From: a virus
IMG/VR virus record: IMGVR_UViG_3300032898_000001
Span: 1 to 64,000 of that record
Reading direction: 5' to 3' (one strand)
DNA length: 64,000 nt
Below are positions 54,710-62,773 of this stretch, in pieces (the first letter of the stretch is position 1; every line of letters starts with the position of its first letter). The notes under the pieces were generated by a model. It had not been told where the DNA came from. It did not search any database and was given only the letters and a program-made list of their open reading frames with translations. The position numbers were made by a program, and so were the translations under genes.

Positions 54710-55020
54710 CGGCGTGCCCTTTCTAGTCGCGGTGACACGCCGTTTATCCCGGCTAACCGCTAAGGACGGCGTCGCCATCGGGCTCACCCCGGCGATGGCC
54801 ACCTCGCGTGACCGGGGGTCTTGCCTAAACGAGACGGGCGGGCTCAAACACCCGCGGCACCCCGTCGGGTCCGTCTCGTTTTGTGCGCTGGCCCGACTCG
54901 AACGGGCCGGCAACCTTCTCGGTCCGGTGCACCGGCCGATCTCGCGCAGCGCTCCATCTTTCTAGGACGGTGCTCGATTCAAGCCGTGCCCTGATTATCG
55001 ACACGGCTAACCGAGTAGAG
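54710..55020 (-). ncRNA. Unknown ~310-nt structured RNA(s) containing a T-arm element
   Basis: Stems AGCCGTGT/GCACGGCT, AAACGAGACGG/CCGTCTCGTTT, GCCATCG/CGATGGC, ACGCCGT/ACGGCGT; T-arm GCCCG-TTCGAGT-CGGGC; no credible ORF. Confidence 0.55.
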
Positions 55021-55025
55021 CGTCG

Positions 55026-55096
55026 CACCTGGTCGAGGGATCGAACCTCGTTCTGCGCTTTTGGAGAGCGCCGTGCTGCCACTGCACCAACCAGGC
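55026..55096 (-). tRNA. tRNA-Trp(CCA)
   Basis: Cloverleaf; anticodon arm GCGCT-CTCCAAA-AGCGC; no encoded CCA. Confidence 0.9.
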
Positions 55097-55215
55097 CCGA
55101 CCGATCGCTCCCACGTAAACCGGGACGCCGTGTACCAGGGGCCAGGCCCCCGGCATCGCGCTCGCCTCCCGGACCATCTTCTCCATACCCCATCCCGGCG
55201 GTGGTCCGAGCGCGA

Positions 55216-55353
55216 TCAGTCGTCTGTCTCTCGAGGCTCATCGCAGTCGACGCAAGAGTCGAACCGCTCGCTGTCGATGTTGAACCGGTGCCCGTGCACC
55301 TCACACGCGGTCCACTCCGAGAAGTCGATCTCGTCTCGTTCCTGGGTCTCCAC
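55216..55353 (-). CDS. 45-aa Cys/His micro-protein inside the RNA operon
   Basis: GAGGAGG RBS, GTG; CEVHGH..CVDC. Confidence 0.5.
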   Translation of the reverse strand: METQERDEIDFSEWTACEVHGHRFNIDSERFDSCVDCDEPRETDD

Positions 55354-55509
55354 GTTTTGCCTCCTCTCTACGAACCGCGACGAGCCCGAACCAAACCACG
55401 TCTCGTCTCGAGGCACCCTGCAACGAATGTCGCGTTGGGCCGTCCCACCAGGAGGCCGTTCCTCGTCCTCCACGGCATGAGACTGGTCTCGCCGTGCCTC
55501 TTCCCTACG

Positions 55510-55580
55510 AGCCGTACCGGGGAATCGAACCCCGTCCCGCTGGTTGGAAGCCAGATATGCAGCCACTACACCAGTACGGC
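55510..55580 (-). tRNA. tRNA-Gly(TCC)
   Basis: Cloverleaf; CTGG-CTTCCAA-CCAG; U discriminator. Confidence 0.88.
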
Positions 55581-55685
55581 ACACGGGACGGTTTCTACCT
55601 CCGACGCCTCGGCGTGCATACCCCCATCGAGCTCGTTACCGATCCCGAACGGTCTAGCTCCGACGTACGTCCCTCGGACCTCACG

Positions 55686-55756
55686 TGCCCCACGCCGGGA
55701 TCGAACCGGCGACCACTGGATGAAAGCCAGCGATGTTGCCACTACACCAGTGGGGC
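55686..55756 (-). tRNA. tRNA-Glu(TTC)
   Basis: Cloverleaf; GCTGG-CTTTCAT-CCAGT. Confidence 0.88.
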
Positions 55757-55758
55757 GA

Positions 55759-55869
55759 GAAGAGGGTGACGGGAGTCGAACCCGCCCAGCGGACCGTCGT
55801 CCTTTTGGCGTACGCCGTCAGCCCTGACGCTCCGGGAGTCGAACCCGGATACTGCCGGTTACCCTCTTC
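55759..55869 (-). ncRNA. Double-T-arm tRNA-like RNA (no anticodon)
   Basis: Closing stem GAAGAGGGT/ACCCTCTTC; T-arms CCGGG-TTCGACT-CCCGG and GCGGG-TTCGACT-CCCGT. Confidence 0.65.
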
Positions 55870-55871
55870 AG

Positions 55872-55943
55872 CTGACCCGGGAGGACTCGAACCTCCAACC
55901 ACCTGGTTAACAGCCAGGAGCTCTGCCGTTGAGCTACGGATCA
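55872..55943 (-). tRNA. tRNA-Asn(GTT)
   Basis: Cloverleaf; CCTGG-CTGTTAA-CCAGG. Confidence 0.92.
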
Positions 55944-55947
55944 TTGC

Positions 55948-56079
55948 GTGGGCCTCTGCCGCTGAGGTACCGATCGTGATCGTTCTCACCGTACCCGGTC
56001 TTCCGCCACGCGGTCCTTCGGGTCGTGCTCGAGCGACCTGCCAAACGATCGAGAGGGACTCGAACCCTCGTCTTCCCAC
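55948..56079 (-). ncRNA. Circularly permuted tRNA-like RNA (YrlA-like topology)
   Basis: 5' GTGGG-AAGAC-[GAGGG TTCGAGT CCCTC]-TCGATCG-insert-CGATCGG-TA-[CCTC AGCGGCA GAGG]-CCCAC 3'. Confidence 0.7.
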
Positions 56080-56081
56080 CG

Positions 56082-56153
56082 CGCCATCGACGGGAGTCGA
56101 ACCCGCTGCCACCTGGCTGACAACCAGGCACTCTACCGTTGAGTTACGACGGC
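56082..56153 (-). tRNA. tRNA-Asp(GTC)
   Basis: Cloverleaf; CCTGG-TTGTCAG-CCAGG. Confidence 0.92.
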
Positions 56154-56158
56154 CTAGC

Positions 56159-56227
56159 ACGGTAGGGCTGCAACCCGCTGGGGAATCGAACCCCACCCTA
56201 CCGCTGACGACCGTGGCCACGGTCGTT
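56159..56227 (-). ncRNA. Mini T-arm structured element
   Basis: Palindrome ACGACCGTG/CACGGTCGT; stem GCGGTAGGG/CCCTACCGT enclosing TGGGG-TTCGATT-CCCCA. Confidence 0.5.
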
Positions 56228-56229
56228 TG

Positions 56230-56301
56230 TACCCCACGCGGGGATCGAACCCGCGTCTCCTGGCTGAGAACCAGGTGTGACTGCCACTGCACCAGTGGGG
56301 C
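56230..56301 (-). tRNA. tRNA-Glu(CTC)
   Basis: Cloverleaf; CCTGG-TTCTCAG-CCAGG. Confidence 0.88.
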
Positions 56302-56305
56302 TTTC

Positions 56306-56396
56306 CCGAGGGCCTAGCACCTGCGAGGGCTCGAACCTCCCACCGGTTACCAGCCGGTCGCTCCTGCGCCGGGTGTCGAACCCGGTAGGTCCTCGG
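56306..56396 (-). ncRNA. Double-T-arm RNA flanking an anticodon-like hairpin
   Basis: CCGAGG..CCTA/TAGG..CCTCGG stem; CCGGG-TTCGACA-CCCGG; ACCGG-CTGGTAA-CCGGT; GAGG-TTCGAGC-CCTC. Confidence 0.6.
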
Positions 56397-56439
56397 TTCG
56401 GCGGTAAGGTTTGGTTTTCCTGACCGCCTGGTAGTACCT

Positions 56440-56471
56440 ACTATACCAGCCGCGGGGCAGCTTGTAAACAG
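56440..56471 (-). promoter_or_regulatory. Promoter of tRNA/ncRNA operon
   Basis: CTG-TTTACA-N17-TATAGT. Confidence 0.85.
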
Positions 56472-56487
56472 CTTTTGCCCCTCGTTT

Positions 56488-57012
56488 TCATGATTCTTTG
56501 CACAGTTCCTCGAGCCGCTGGCGGGTCCCGGGGTCGATCTTGTCGCGGATCAGCAGGTACGCGCCCCACCCGTCCCCCGGCCGACGATCCCGTTCTCGCC
56601 GGCCCCGTTCGCCTCTCAGCTCGTGGTTCACGTGCCGAACGTGCCAGTACCGGGCCAGCGTGAGCGGGTACCGGGGACACACCTGGCAGCGGTACGGCTC
56701 CAGGTCCCCGGCGCGGGTGTTCCGCTCCACCAGGCGAGCGAACGCCTCCGCGTCCCGGCGGTTGTACAGCCGCACCTTGACGCAGGGCTGGCCGGGAACC
56801 GTCGGTTCCAGGAGCCAGTCGACGGCGCTCAGCCGGTCCGCGGCCAGGGTCTCCGCGGCCTCGCGCTTCTCCCGGCAGTACGTCAGGTCCTCGTACGCGG
56901 CGGTGAGCTCGCGGTTGAGGTCGGCCACTCGAAGCTCCTTGACCTCGAGGGCCGACCTCAGCTCGCTCAGCTCCCGGCTCTCACCGAGCCGGTGCCGCAG
57001 CCACGCCAGCAT
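56488..57012 (-). CDS. Coiled-coil + Zn-binding hypothetical protein
   Basis: C.K..Y..R.DA..PYRC..C..WHV. Confidence 0.55.
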   Translation of the reverse strand: MLAWLRHRLGESRELSELRSALEVKELRVADLNRELTAAYEDLTYCREKREAAETLAADRLSAVDWLLEPTVPGQPCVKVRLYNRRDAEAFARLVERNTRAGDLEPYRCQVCPRYPLTLARYWHVRHVNHELRGERGRRERDRRPGDGWGAYLLIRDKIDPGTRQRLEELCKES

Positions 57013-57400
57013 CGCCGCGTCGCTCTCGGATCAGGGTCACCCACGCCTCGGTCAAGGCCTCCCATCGCGCGGTCCCCAGCTCGAAGAAGTCGAGGCTGAA
57101 ACCGTGGTTGATCTCGAACCGGCTGGCCAGGTAGCGTGAGACCTCGGACACGTCCAGGAGCCGTTTCACGAGCTCGTCGTACTGGTCGACGACGTAGAGC
57201 TTCTCGGAGTGGATCTCGGCCAGCTGGCCGACCACGCACCGGTCGAACTCCCGGAGGTCCAGCCGCTCGAGGTCAACCTCGTTCACCCAGGACGGGCCGA
57301 AGTGTCGGTCCAGAGCGGCCGCGCCCCGGGCCACCCGACCGGGCAGCTTGACCAGGACCTCATCCACGGTCTCGGTCACGTCGAGGCTCTCTTCATACAT
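56981..57400 (-). CDS. Hypothetical protein (paralog of 59636-59947)
   Basis: RGA..LD..W..VD...L..CV.GQ..GF..W.AL..AW. Confidence 0.65.
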   Translation of the reverse strand: MYEESLDVTETVDEVLVKLPGRVARGAAALDRHFGPSWVNEVDLERLDLREFDRCVVGQLAEIHSEKLYVVDQYDELVKRLLDVSEVSRYLASRFEINHGFSLDFFELGTARWEALTEAWVTLIRERRGDAGVAAAPAR

Positions 57401-57412
57401 CGTGATCTCCTC

Positions 57413-57922
57413 TCAGTCACACTGCTTCGGGTCGAGCGTCGGTGGCAGGTCGGCGCCTCGCCAATCCTCGGTGAGGAACGACTGCGCTGCCGTGTCGTAG
57501 TCCTGGATGTGGTTCAGGCAGTCGCGCTGGTCGCCCTGCAGGGTCACCTGCAGGTTCCCGTACTGCTGTGCGTCCGGGTCGTACGGGGTGCCGTTCCCGG
57601 ACCAGTCCGGGTGGGCCTGCTGGAACTGGGCCAGGTTCGCCTTGTCGGTCGCGATCTTCTGCACGTCAAGAGTGACCGCGTTCTGGTCGAGGTGGAACTC
57701 CTGCTGTGCGGCGAGGAAGTTCTGCGTCGAGTTCTTCTGCTGGACCGCGTTCCCCTGGCCCCACCAGTACGAGAACCCGGTGGTGATCCCGAACACGAGC
57801 GCGATAAGCACGAGAACGGTCAGGATCACGGCCACGACGGCCTTCGTCACCGTCCAGAACGGGCGGCGTTCCAGGTCCTTCTCCCAGCCCGCCGCGGACC
57901 GCCGCCACGGGTCCCGGGCCAT
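57413..57922 (-). CDS. Membrane-anchored coiled-coil protein
   Basis: N-terminal TM, coiled coil, Y..AA..W..ADLP..LD; TGATG-coupled to lipoprotein. Confidence 0.65.
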   Translation of the reverse strand: MARDPWRRSAAGWEKDLERRPFWTVTKAVVAVILTVLVLIALVFGITTGFSYWWGQGNAVQQKNSTQNFLAAQQEFHLDQNAVTLDVQKIATDKANLAQFQQAHPDWSGNGTPYDPDAQQYGNLQVTLQGDQRDCLNHIQDYDTAAQSFLTEDWRGADLPPTLDPKQCD

Positions 57923-58536
57923 CACTTGCCGCCGACCTTGGCCAGCCCGCCGTAGTTGATCGCCGGGGCCTGGCCGACGTTGTAGGTGACGATCGGCTGC
58001 TGGGTGATGTTCTGCGGCACGTCCGACTCGGAGATGATCACGCCGGCGAAGATGTGCTCCGCGCCCGACGTGTCGAAGAAGTCGGCGGTGCCGAACTCGG
58101 GGCCGTAGGTGCCGTTGTCGGTCGGGGAGTTGACCGTGCCGCAGGCGTAGCCGCCGTTCCCGCCGTCGTTGCAGACCACGTCCGTGGTCTCGGTCATCGA
58201 CGAGTTCGGGTCGAACACGAGCCCCTTGATCGACCCGTTCCACAGCACCTGGCCGTACGGGGTCATGACCGTGACGTAGCGGGTCTCGTTCGGGTCGTTC
58301 TCGCGGAGCTGGTGCTCCTTGATCTCCTGCTCCTCGGTGAAGCCGCCGTTGAGCACCTGGCTCTTCGGGAACGGCACCTTGGCGTTCGCGGCGGCCTCGA
58401 TCTGGCCGGTCAAGTTCTCGTTGTTGGTCTCGGCGGTCGACGCCGAGGTGTTGCCGTCGTTGCAGCCCACCAGGATCAACCCGACGCCCGCCAGGCCGGC
58501 CACGGCCAGGGCGACGCGCTTGGTCTTCGCTCTCAT
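57922..58536 (-). CDS. Lipoprotein
   Basis: Basic n-region, h-region, lipobox LVGC. Confidence 0.75.
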   Translation of the reverse strand: MRAKTKRVALAVAGLAGVGLILVGCNDGNTSASTAETNNENLTGQIEAAANAKVPFPKSQVLNGGFTEEQEIKEHQLRENDPNETRYVTVMTPYGQVLWNGSIKGLVFDPNSSMTETTDVVCNDGGNGGYACGTVNSPTDNGTYGPEFGTADFFDTSGAEHIFAGVIISESDVPQNITQQPIVTYNVGQAPAINYGGLAKVGGK

Positions 58537-58571
58537 TCGCTTCCTCGTTCTCTTCTCGTTGGTTGGGTTGG

Positions 58572-59018
58572 CTACAGGCTGGGGTCGGCGGCGATGACGT
58601 CACCGATCTGCGGGAGGGTCCGGTGCAGCTCGTCGTTCAGAAAAGACAAGCTCCTCACGGCGTTCGGGACATCCACGTTCGAGACATCCACGTGTGTGAG
58701 GCGCACGTCGGGGTTCGCCATCCTGAGTCCCGCCCACTCCTGGACGTCCCGTGGCAGGAACGACCCGTATATGGGGACCGCCGTGACGCCCGGTCCGACC
58801 CGGTAACGCTCGTTGTCGCTGCCGTACCACGCCCGGTTTTCCGGGTCCTCGCGGACCCACAGGTCCGTCAGCACGCCGAGGCAGCAGAAGGTCCCGCGAG
58901 GCACGCCCGGCGCCGGGTCCTTCACGAGCGTGCCGCAGAGCTGCCCGCGGGCCTGCTGGTACTCGGGGGAGCGGCAGGCGTCGGCCCAGCGCTGCTTGAT
59001 CTCGGGGTTCATGCTCAC
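58572..59018 (-). CDS. Hypothetical protein, CCLGVL family (paralog A)
   Basis: MNPEIK..W..Q..G.L..CCLGVL..LP.V..WAGL..LND..QI. Confidence 0.7.
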   Translation of the reverse strand: MSMNPEIKQRWADACRSPEYQQARGQLCGTLVKDPAPGVPRGTFCCLGVLTDLWVREDPENRAWYGSDNERYRVGPGVTAVPIYGSFLPRDVQEWAGLRMANPDVRLTHVDVSNVDVPNAVRSLSFLNDELHRTLPQIGDVIAADPSL

Positions 59019-59437
59019 AGGGACTCCCGGACGCACGCCGCGATCTGAGGGAAGGGGAACTTGAGGTCGTCGTTCAGACGAGTGAGCGGCGCCTCGCAGG
59101 GGTAGCCGTTGCTCTCGTACAGCACGTACGGGTCGGTGACGACCTGGGTCACGGCGCTCTCGTCGATCACGACCAGGCCCGCCCAGCGGGCGACTTCCAC
59201 GGGAAGGATCGAGCGCTCGTGCTTGGTCGCGTCCTGCCAGGTCGTGCCCGTGGCGCGGCAGTACAGCTCGGTGAGCACGCCGAGGCAGCAGTGCAACACG
59301 CGAGGCATCTCGAGCTGCCTGTCGTAGGTCACGCGCAGCGCGCCGGTGCCCTGCTGGAACTCGTCGCTCTCGAGGGCCGAGGCCCAGAGTTCCTTGATCT
59401 CGGGGTCCATCGTGACCGGGGGAAATGGGTTGGTCAC
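59015..59437 (-). CDS. Hypothetical protein, CCLGVL family (paralog B)
   Basis: MDPEIK..W..Q.TGAL..CCLGVL..WAGL..LND..QI. Confidence 0.7.
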   Translation of the reverse strand: MTNPFPPVTMDPEIKELWASALESDEFQQGTGALRVTYDRQLEMPRVLHCCLGVLTELYCRATGTTWQDATKHERSILPVEVARWAGLVVIDESAVTQVVTDPYVLYESNGYPCEAPLTRLNDDLKFPFPQIAACVRESL

Positions 59438-59438
59438 G

Positions 59439-59633
59439 TCACAGCTCCAGTCCCGTGTCGATGCCGCCGATGACCAGGTCACCGTCGGTCACGTCGATCG
59501 CGAGGCCGTTGCCGAGGCCGACGTCGAGGTGTCCCGACATGTCGATCCCGACCTGGCCGACGTCGTCGATCGGGTCGCACGAATAGCAACTGAGGCCGTA
59601 GTAGTTGTGCCGGTGAGTGGCGCACCAGGGCAT
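59439..59633 (-). CDS. Small Gly/Asp-repeat protein
   Basis: Repeated G-I-D..G.L beta hairpins. Confidence 0.5.
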   Translation of the reverse strand: MPWCATHRHNYYGLSCYSCDPIDDVGQVGIDMSGHLDVGLGNGLAIDVTDGDLVIGGIDTGLEL

Positions 59634-59635
59634 GG

Positions 59636-59947
59636 TCAGTCCTTCCGGGTGGTAGGGGTGACGCGTTTCTCGATCTCGGCGACCCAGGCCGCTTTCAGGG
59701 CGGCCCAGTTCTCGTTGTTGGCGCCGTCCCTCAGGGCGAGACCGTGCGCGACCTCGTTATAGGAGTCACTGTTGAACAGCTTCGTGAACAGGCCGTGGTA
59801 GTGAGTGCCCTCGGCCTGAGCGACCTGGCCGAGCACGCACCGGCTGGCCGACGCCATGTTGAGCTGGGCCACGTCGACCTTCTCGGCCCACCCCGGCCGC
59901 TTCTCGTCGAGCAGCCGGGCACCTCGTCGGACGTCGGTCTCAAGCAC
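59636..59947 (-). CDS. Hypothetical protein (paralog of 56981-57400)
   Basis: VRRGARLLD..PGW..CVLGQ..W.AL..AW. Confidence 0.65.
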   Translation of the reverse strand: MLETDVRRGARLLDEKRPGWAEKVDVAQLNMASASRCVLGQVAQAEGTHYHGLFTKLFNSDSYNEVAHGLALRDGANNENWAALKAAWVAEIEKRVTPTTRKD

Positions 59948-60110
59948 GCTGCTTCCTCTCGTAGTCGACCTCGGCGAGCAGCCCTACCGCGATCGCGGTC
60001 GCGAGCACGGCGACGAGGAACCCCGCCTCGGTAGCGGCGGTCAGCGCCAGGGCAGCGAGGCCCAGGCACGCGAACGCCCCGGCCCGCGTGATCTTGGTGA
60101 AGACGCTCAT
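59940..60110 (-). CDS. Small two-TM protein
   Basis: Hydrophobic; AAGGA RBS. Confidence 0.5.
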   Translation of the reverse strand: MSVFTKITRAGAFACLGLAALALTAATEAGFLVAVLATAIAVGLLAEVDYERKQRA

Positions 60111-60147
60111 CTCGGTTCCTTCCTGTTCCTGCTTCCGTGATGGTGCA

Positions 60148-60179
60148 ACCATATCATGACCACGGGATTTTGTAAACAG
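60148..60179 (-). promoter_or_regulatory. Conserved phage promoter
   Basis: CTG-TTTACA-N17-TATGGT. Confidence 0.8.
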
Positions 60180-60677
60180 CTACGGCAGCTCTTTCAGCTC
60201 GTTCTTCACGTCCCGCTCCAGGCGCCGCAGGGTCGCCTCTCGATCCACGGGCCGCCGCGCCAGGCGGTGCACCGGTTGGAAGACCGTCACCGCTCCCAGG
60301 ACGAGCAGGGCCGCGAGTCCCACCGGCGTCAGCAGAGGCCAGACCAGGCACAGCAGCGCCGAGTACCAGGTCGCCTTGAGCGTGGCCGAGTGATCGCGCT
60401 CCTTCTCCTGGTAGGCCGACCAGTCGGGGTGGTCCTCGACGCGGCCGTAGTCGTACTTGCCCCGGAAGCCAGGCCGCGTCGTGTCGGGCTCGAAGTGGCG
60501 CCCGTAGACGCAGTCGCAGTTCGGGGCCACGTCTCCGCGACAGTCCCGTCGCAGGTGACGGCGGTACTGGTACCGGTACACCCGCGACCAGAGGAGCAGG
60601 TACGCCCCGCTGGCCGCGGTCAGGTAGGCGCTCGGTACCACGAGCGCGAGCACCAGGGTAGGGATCACGGCCGCCAC
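60180..60677 (-). CDS. Membrane protein (paralog of 60966-61496)
   Basis: TM, YR..H..C..C.C, WP-TM, PVHRLA..VDR. Confidence 0.6.
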   Translation of the reverse strand: MAAVIPTLVLALVVPSAYLTAASGAYLLLWSRVYRYQYRRHLRRDCRGDVAPNCDCVYGRHFEPDTTRPGFRGKYDYGRVEDHPDWSAYQEKERDHSATLKATWYSALLCLVWPLLTPVGLAALLVLGAVTVFQPVHRLARRPVDREATLRRLERDVKNELKELP

Positions 60678-60988
60678 TCCGTCCGGTAGCCCGGGTGGTC
60701 CTCGTACTCACTGGCCAGCTGTCGCAAGGTCTGCTGGGCCAGGAAGTACGGGTTGAAGTCGTCCCCGGTGTAGCCGTCCAGCCAGGAGGACCACGCCTCC
60801 ACTATGCGACGGCGACCGAGCAGGGAACGGATCTTGCGCCGGGTCGTCGCCTTCCCGTTCCGGCGTGACGCCTGAGTGAGCTGTCGACGAAGCTCGATCA
60901 GCTCCTCGTCGTACCGGTTGAGCAGGAACGCGGCCAGGGCCGGGTACGGGTCGACCGCGACGTTCTCAGTCATCGAGATCAGCTGCAT
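60665..60988 (-). CDS. DUF6221-like protein
   Basis: LAAFL..R.DE..RRIV..LRQLASEY.DHPGYR.EWRP. Confidence 0.7.
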   Translation of the reverse strand: MQLISMTENVAVDPYPALAAFLLNRYDEELIELRRQLTQASRRNGKATTRRKIRSLLGRRRIVEAWSSWLDGYTGDDFNPYFLAQQTLRQLASEYEDHPGYRTEWRP

Positions 60989-61496
60989 CGACCACGCCTC
61001 CCGCCTTCAGCGCGGGAAGCCGCGGCACCACGGTCACGACCTTCTCCTGGGAGCGGCTCCGCTCCTCCGCGGCGATCTCCTGGGCGCGGTCCACCCGGAC
61101 GGTAGCCAGGCGGTGCACCGGGCGCAGCAGGCCGAGCCAGGTCAGCTTGCCGAGAGCCGTGGCCAGCCAGGCGATCCCGACCGCGGTCAGCGTGACCAGC
61201 AGCAGCGTCACGGTCACGGGCCAGATCCCGGCCAGCCACAGCGAGGACTCGATCGCCTCGTGACGGGCCAGGCCGGGGCGCAGCTCGGGCTTCTCGTTGC
61301 CCTTCTTGTGTCGCCACACCCTCGTTTGGCCGTAGCCGATGTCGACCCAGTCGTTGCACTTGCAGTACCTCGTGCAGCGCATCTCCTCGTGCTTCTTCAG
61401 CCGCACCCGGTAGCGGTGCGGCACGAGCAGGACGTACGCCGTGGCCCCGGTCAGCACGTACCCGGTGCTCAGGAACGCCCACTCCAGCCCGTCCAT
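60966..61496 (-). CDS. Membrane protein (paralog of 60180-60677)
   Basis: TM, YR..H..C..CKC, WP-TM, PVHRLA..VDR. Confidence 0.6.
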   Translation of the reverse strand: MDGLEWAFLSTGYVLTGATAYVLLVPHRYRVRLKKHEEMRCTRYCKCNDWVDIGYGQTRVWRHKKGNEKPELRPGLARHEAIESSLWLAGIWPVTVTLLLVTLTAVGIAWLATALGKLTWLGLLRPVHRLATVRVDRAQEIAAEERSRSQEKVVTVVPRLPALKAGGVVDAADLDD

Positions 61497-61507
61497 CACG
61501 TCTCCTT

Positions 61508-61853
61508 TCAATTGTTACGGTCATACCACGCGAGGTAGGTCTCGTACAGCCACTCTCTCAGTACGGTGACCAGGAAGATACCGATCATCACGGCGGCCTC
61601 CTCATCCCAGAGGTGCTCCGCGACGATCGCGAGATAGACGCTTCCCGCGATCGCCACGGTGTCGATCATCAGCTCGGTCTCGGCGTCCACGTCAGTCTCC
61701 CAGCGAGTAGATGAGAGCGGCCAGGACCAGCCCGACGATGCCGCCGATGACCTGGCCGATGAGGATGCCCCACTCTCCGAGAAGCAGGGCCCCTCCCACC
61801 AGGCCGGCCTCCATGAAGACGATCACGATGAGCCACGCGGCAACGGCCCTCAC
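61508..61853 (-). CDS. Two small membrane proteins (61508-61690, 61692-61853)
   Basis: Short hydrophobic coupled ORFs. Confidence 0.45.
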
Positions 61854-62773
61854 GACCGCTCCCGCAGCTCGGTCAAGGTGCGGGCCAGGTTCGCGATCTC
61901 GACCTGGGTCTCGAGCTTCCCGACCCAGCGCCACGGCCAGGCGCTGGCGCCCCAGCGGACCCCGAGCAGGCCGCCCGCGATCGCGCCGGTGGTGTCGGCG
62001 TCGTGGCCGCGGTTGACGAGCTGGACGAGGGTGTCCTCGGCGGGCTGGTCCTGCTGCAGGGCCCAGATCGCGCACTTCAGGGAGTCGATCACGTAGCCGT
62101 GGGTGTTGAGCTTCGTGATCTTCAGGTCGGGAGAGACCTGCAGGGCCTCCCGCACCTCGGGGTGCAGGTTCAGCGGGTCGTGCAGGACCCGGTTCAGTGC
62201 CGCCTTCACGGTCAGGCCCTCGATCAGCCAGGCCGCGACCTCGTTGTAGGCGAGGCAGGCGGTGGTGCAGCGCGAGTCGTAGTGGGTGACCGCGCTGATG
62301 TCGAGGGACTGGGCCTCCCGGTTCCAGCGGTCTCGCACCGCCAGGGCGGTGGGCAGGCAGCGCATCAGGGAGCCGTTGCCCGCGGAGCCCGGATCCTTCA
62401 GACTGGCGTTGCGGCCGCTCGTGACCGGGTCCCCGGTCCGCGCGAGCTCGGTCAGGGCCCGCTTCGTGAGGCCGCCCACGTCGTGCGGGTTGCCGGCGGC
62501 CCAGCGCAGGAAGTTGTTGGCTACCCGGTCGAGGGAGTATCCCGCGGCGTAGGCCCGGGCGACGGCCAGGGTCAGGTCGGTGTCGTCGGTCGGCTCCCCG
62601 CGCCGCCACTTCAGGATGCCGCCGCCGACGATCTCGCGGTGCACGCCGTACCGGGCCTGGATGGAGATGGGATTCAGGAACTCGGTGGTGGCTCCCAGGG
62701 CGTCGCCGACGGCGACCCCCAGGAGCCCGCCGAGAACGCGGTCGTGGGTGGTGAGAGTGGTGATGGTGCGCAC
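61850..62773 (-). CDS. ADP-ribosylglycohydrolase (DraG/ARH family)
   Basis: [45 protein letters not shown]. Confidence 0.92.
   Translation of the reverse strand: MRTITTLTTHDRVLGGLLGVAVGDALGATTEFLNPISIQARYGVHREIVGGGILKWRRGEPTDDTDLTLAVARAYAAGYSLDRVANNFLRWAAGNPHDVGGLTKRALTELARTGDPVTSGRNASLKDPGSAGNGSLMRCLPTALAVRDRWNREAQSLDISAVTHYDSRCTTACLAYNEVAAWLIEGLTVKAALNRVLHDPLNLHPEVREALQVSPDLKITKLNTHGYVIDSLKCAIWALQQDQPAEDTLVQLVNRGHDADTTGAIAGGLLGVRWGASAWPWRWVGKLETQVEIANLARTLTELRERS

Noticed and set aside
55948-56079. Two-piece tmRNA
   Set aside because: Has a full D-stem, lacks the G3-U70 alanine identity and CCA, and no tag ORF is evident
55681-56317. ORFs 55681-56292 and 55733-56317
   Set aside because: Overlap clear tRNA cloverleaves; spurious
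56306-56396. tRNA-Thr(GGT) gene
   Set aside because: No D-arm or proper acceptor geometry; reported as a tRNA-like ncRNA instead
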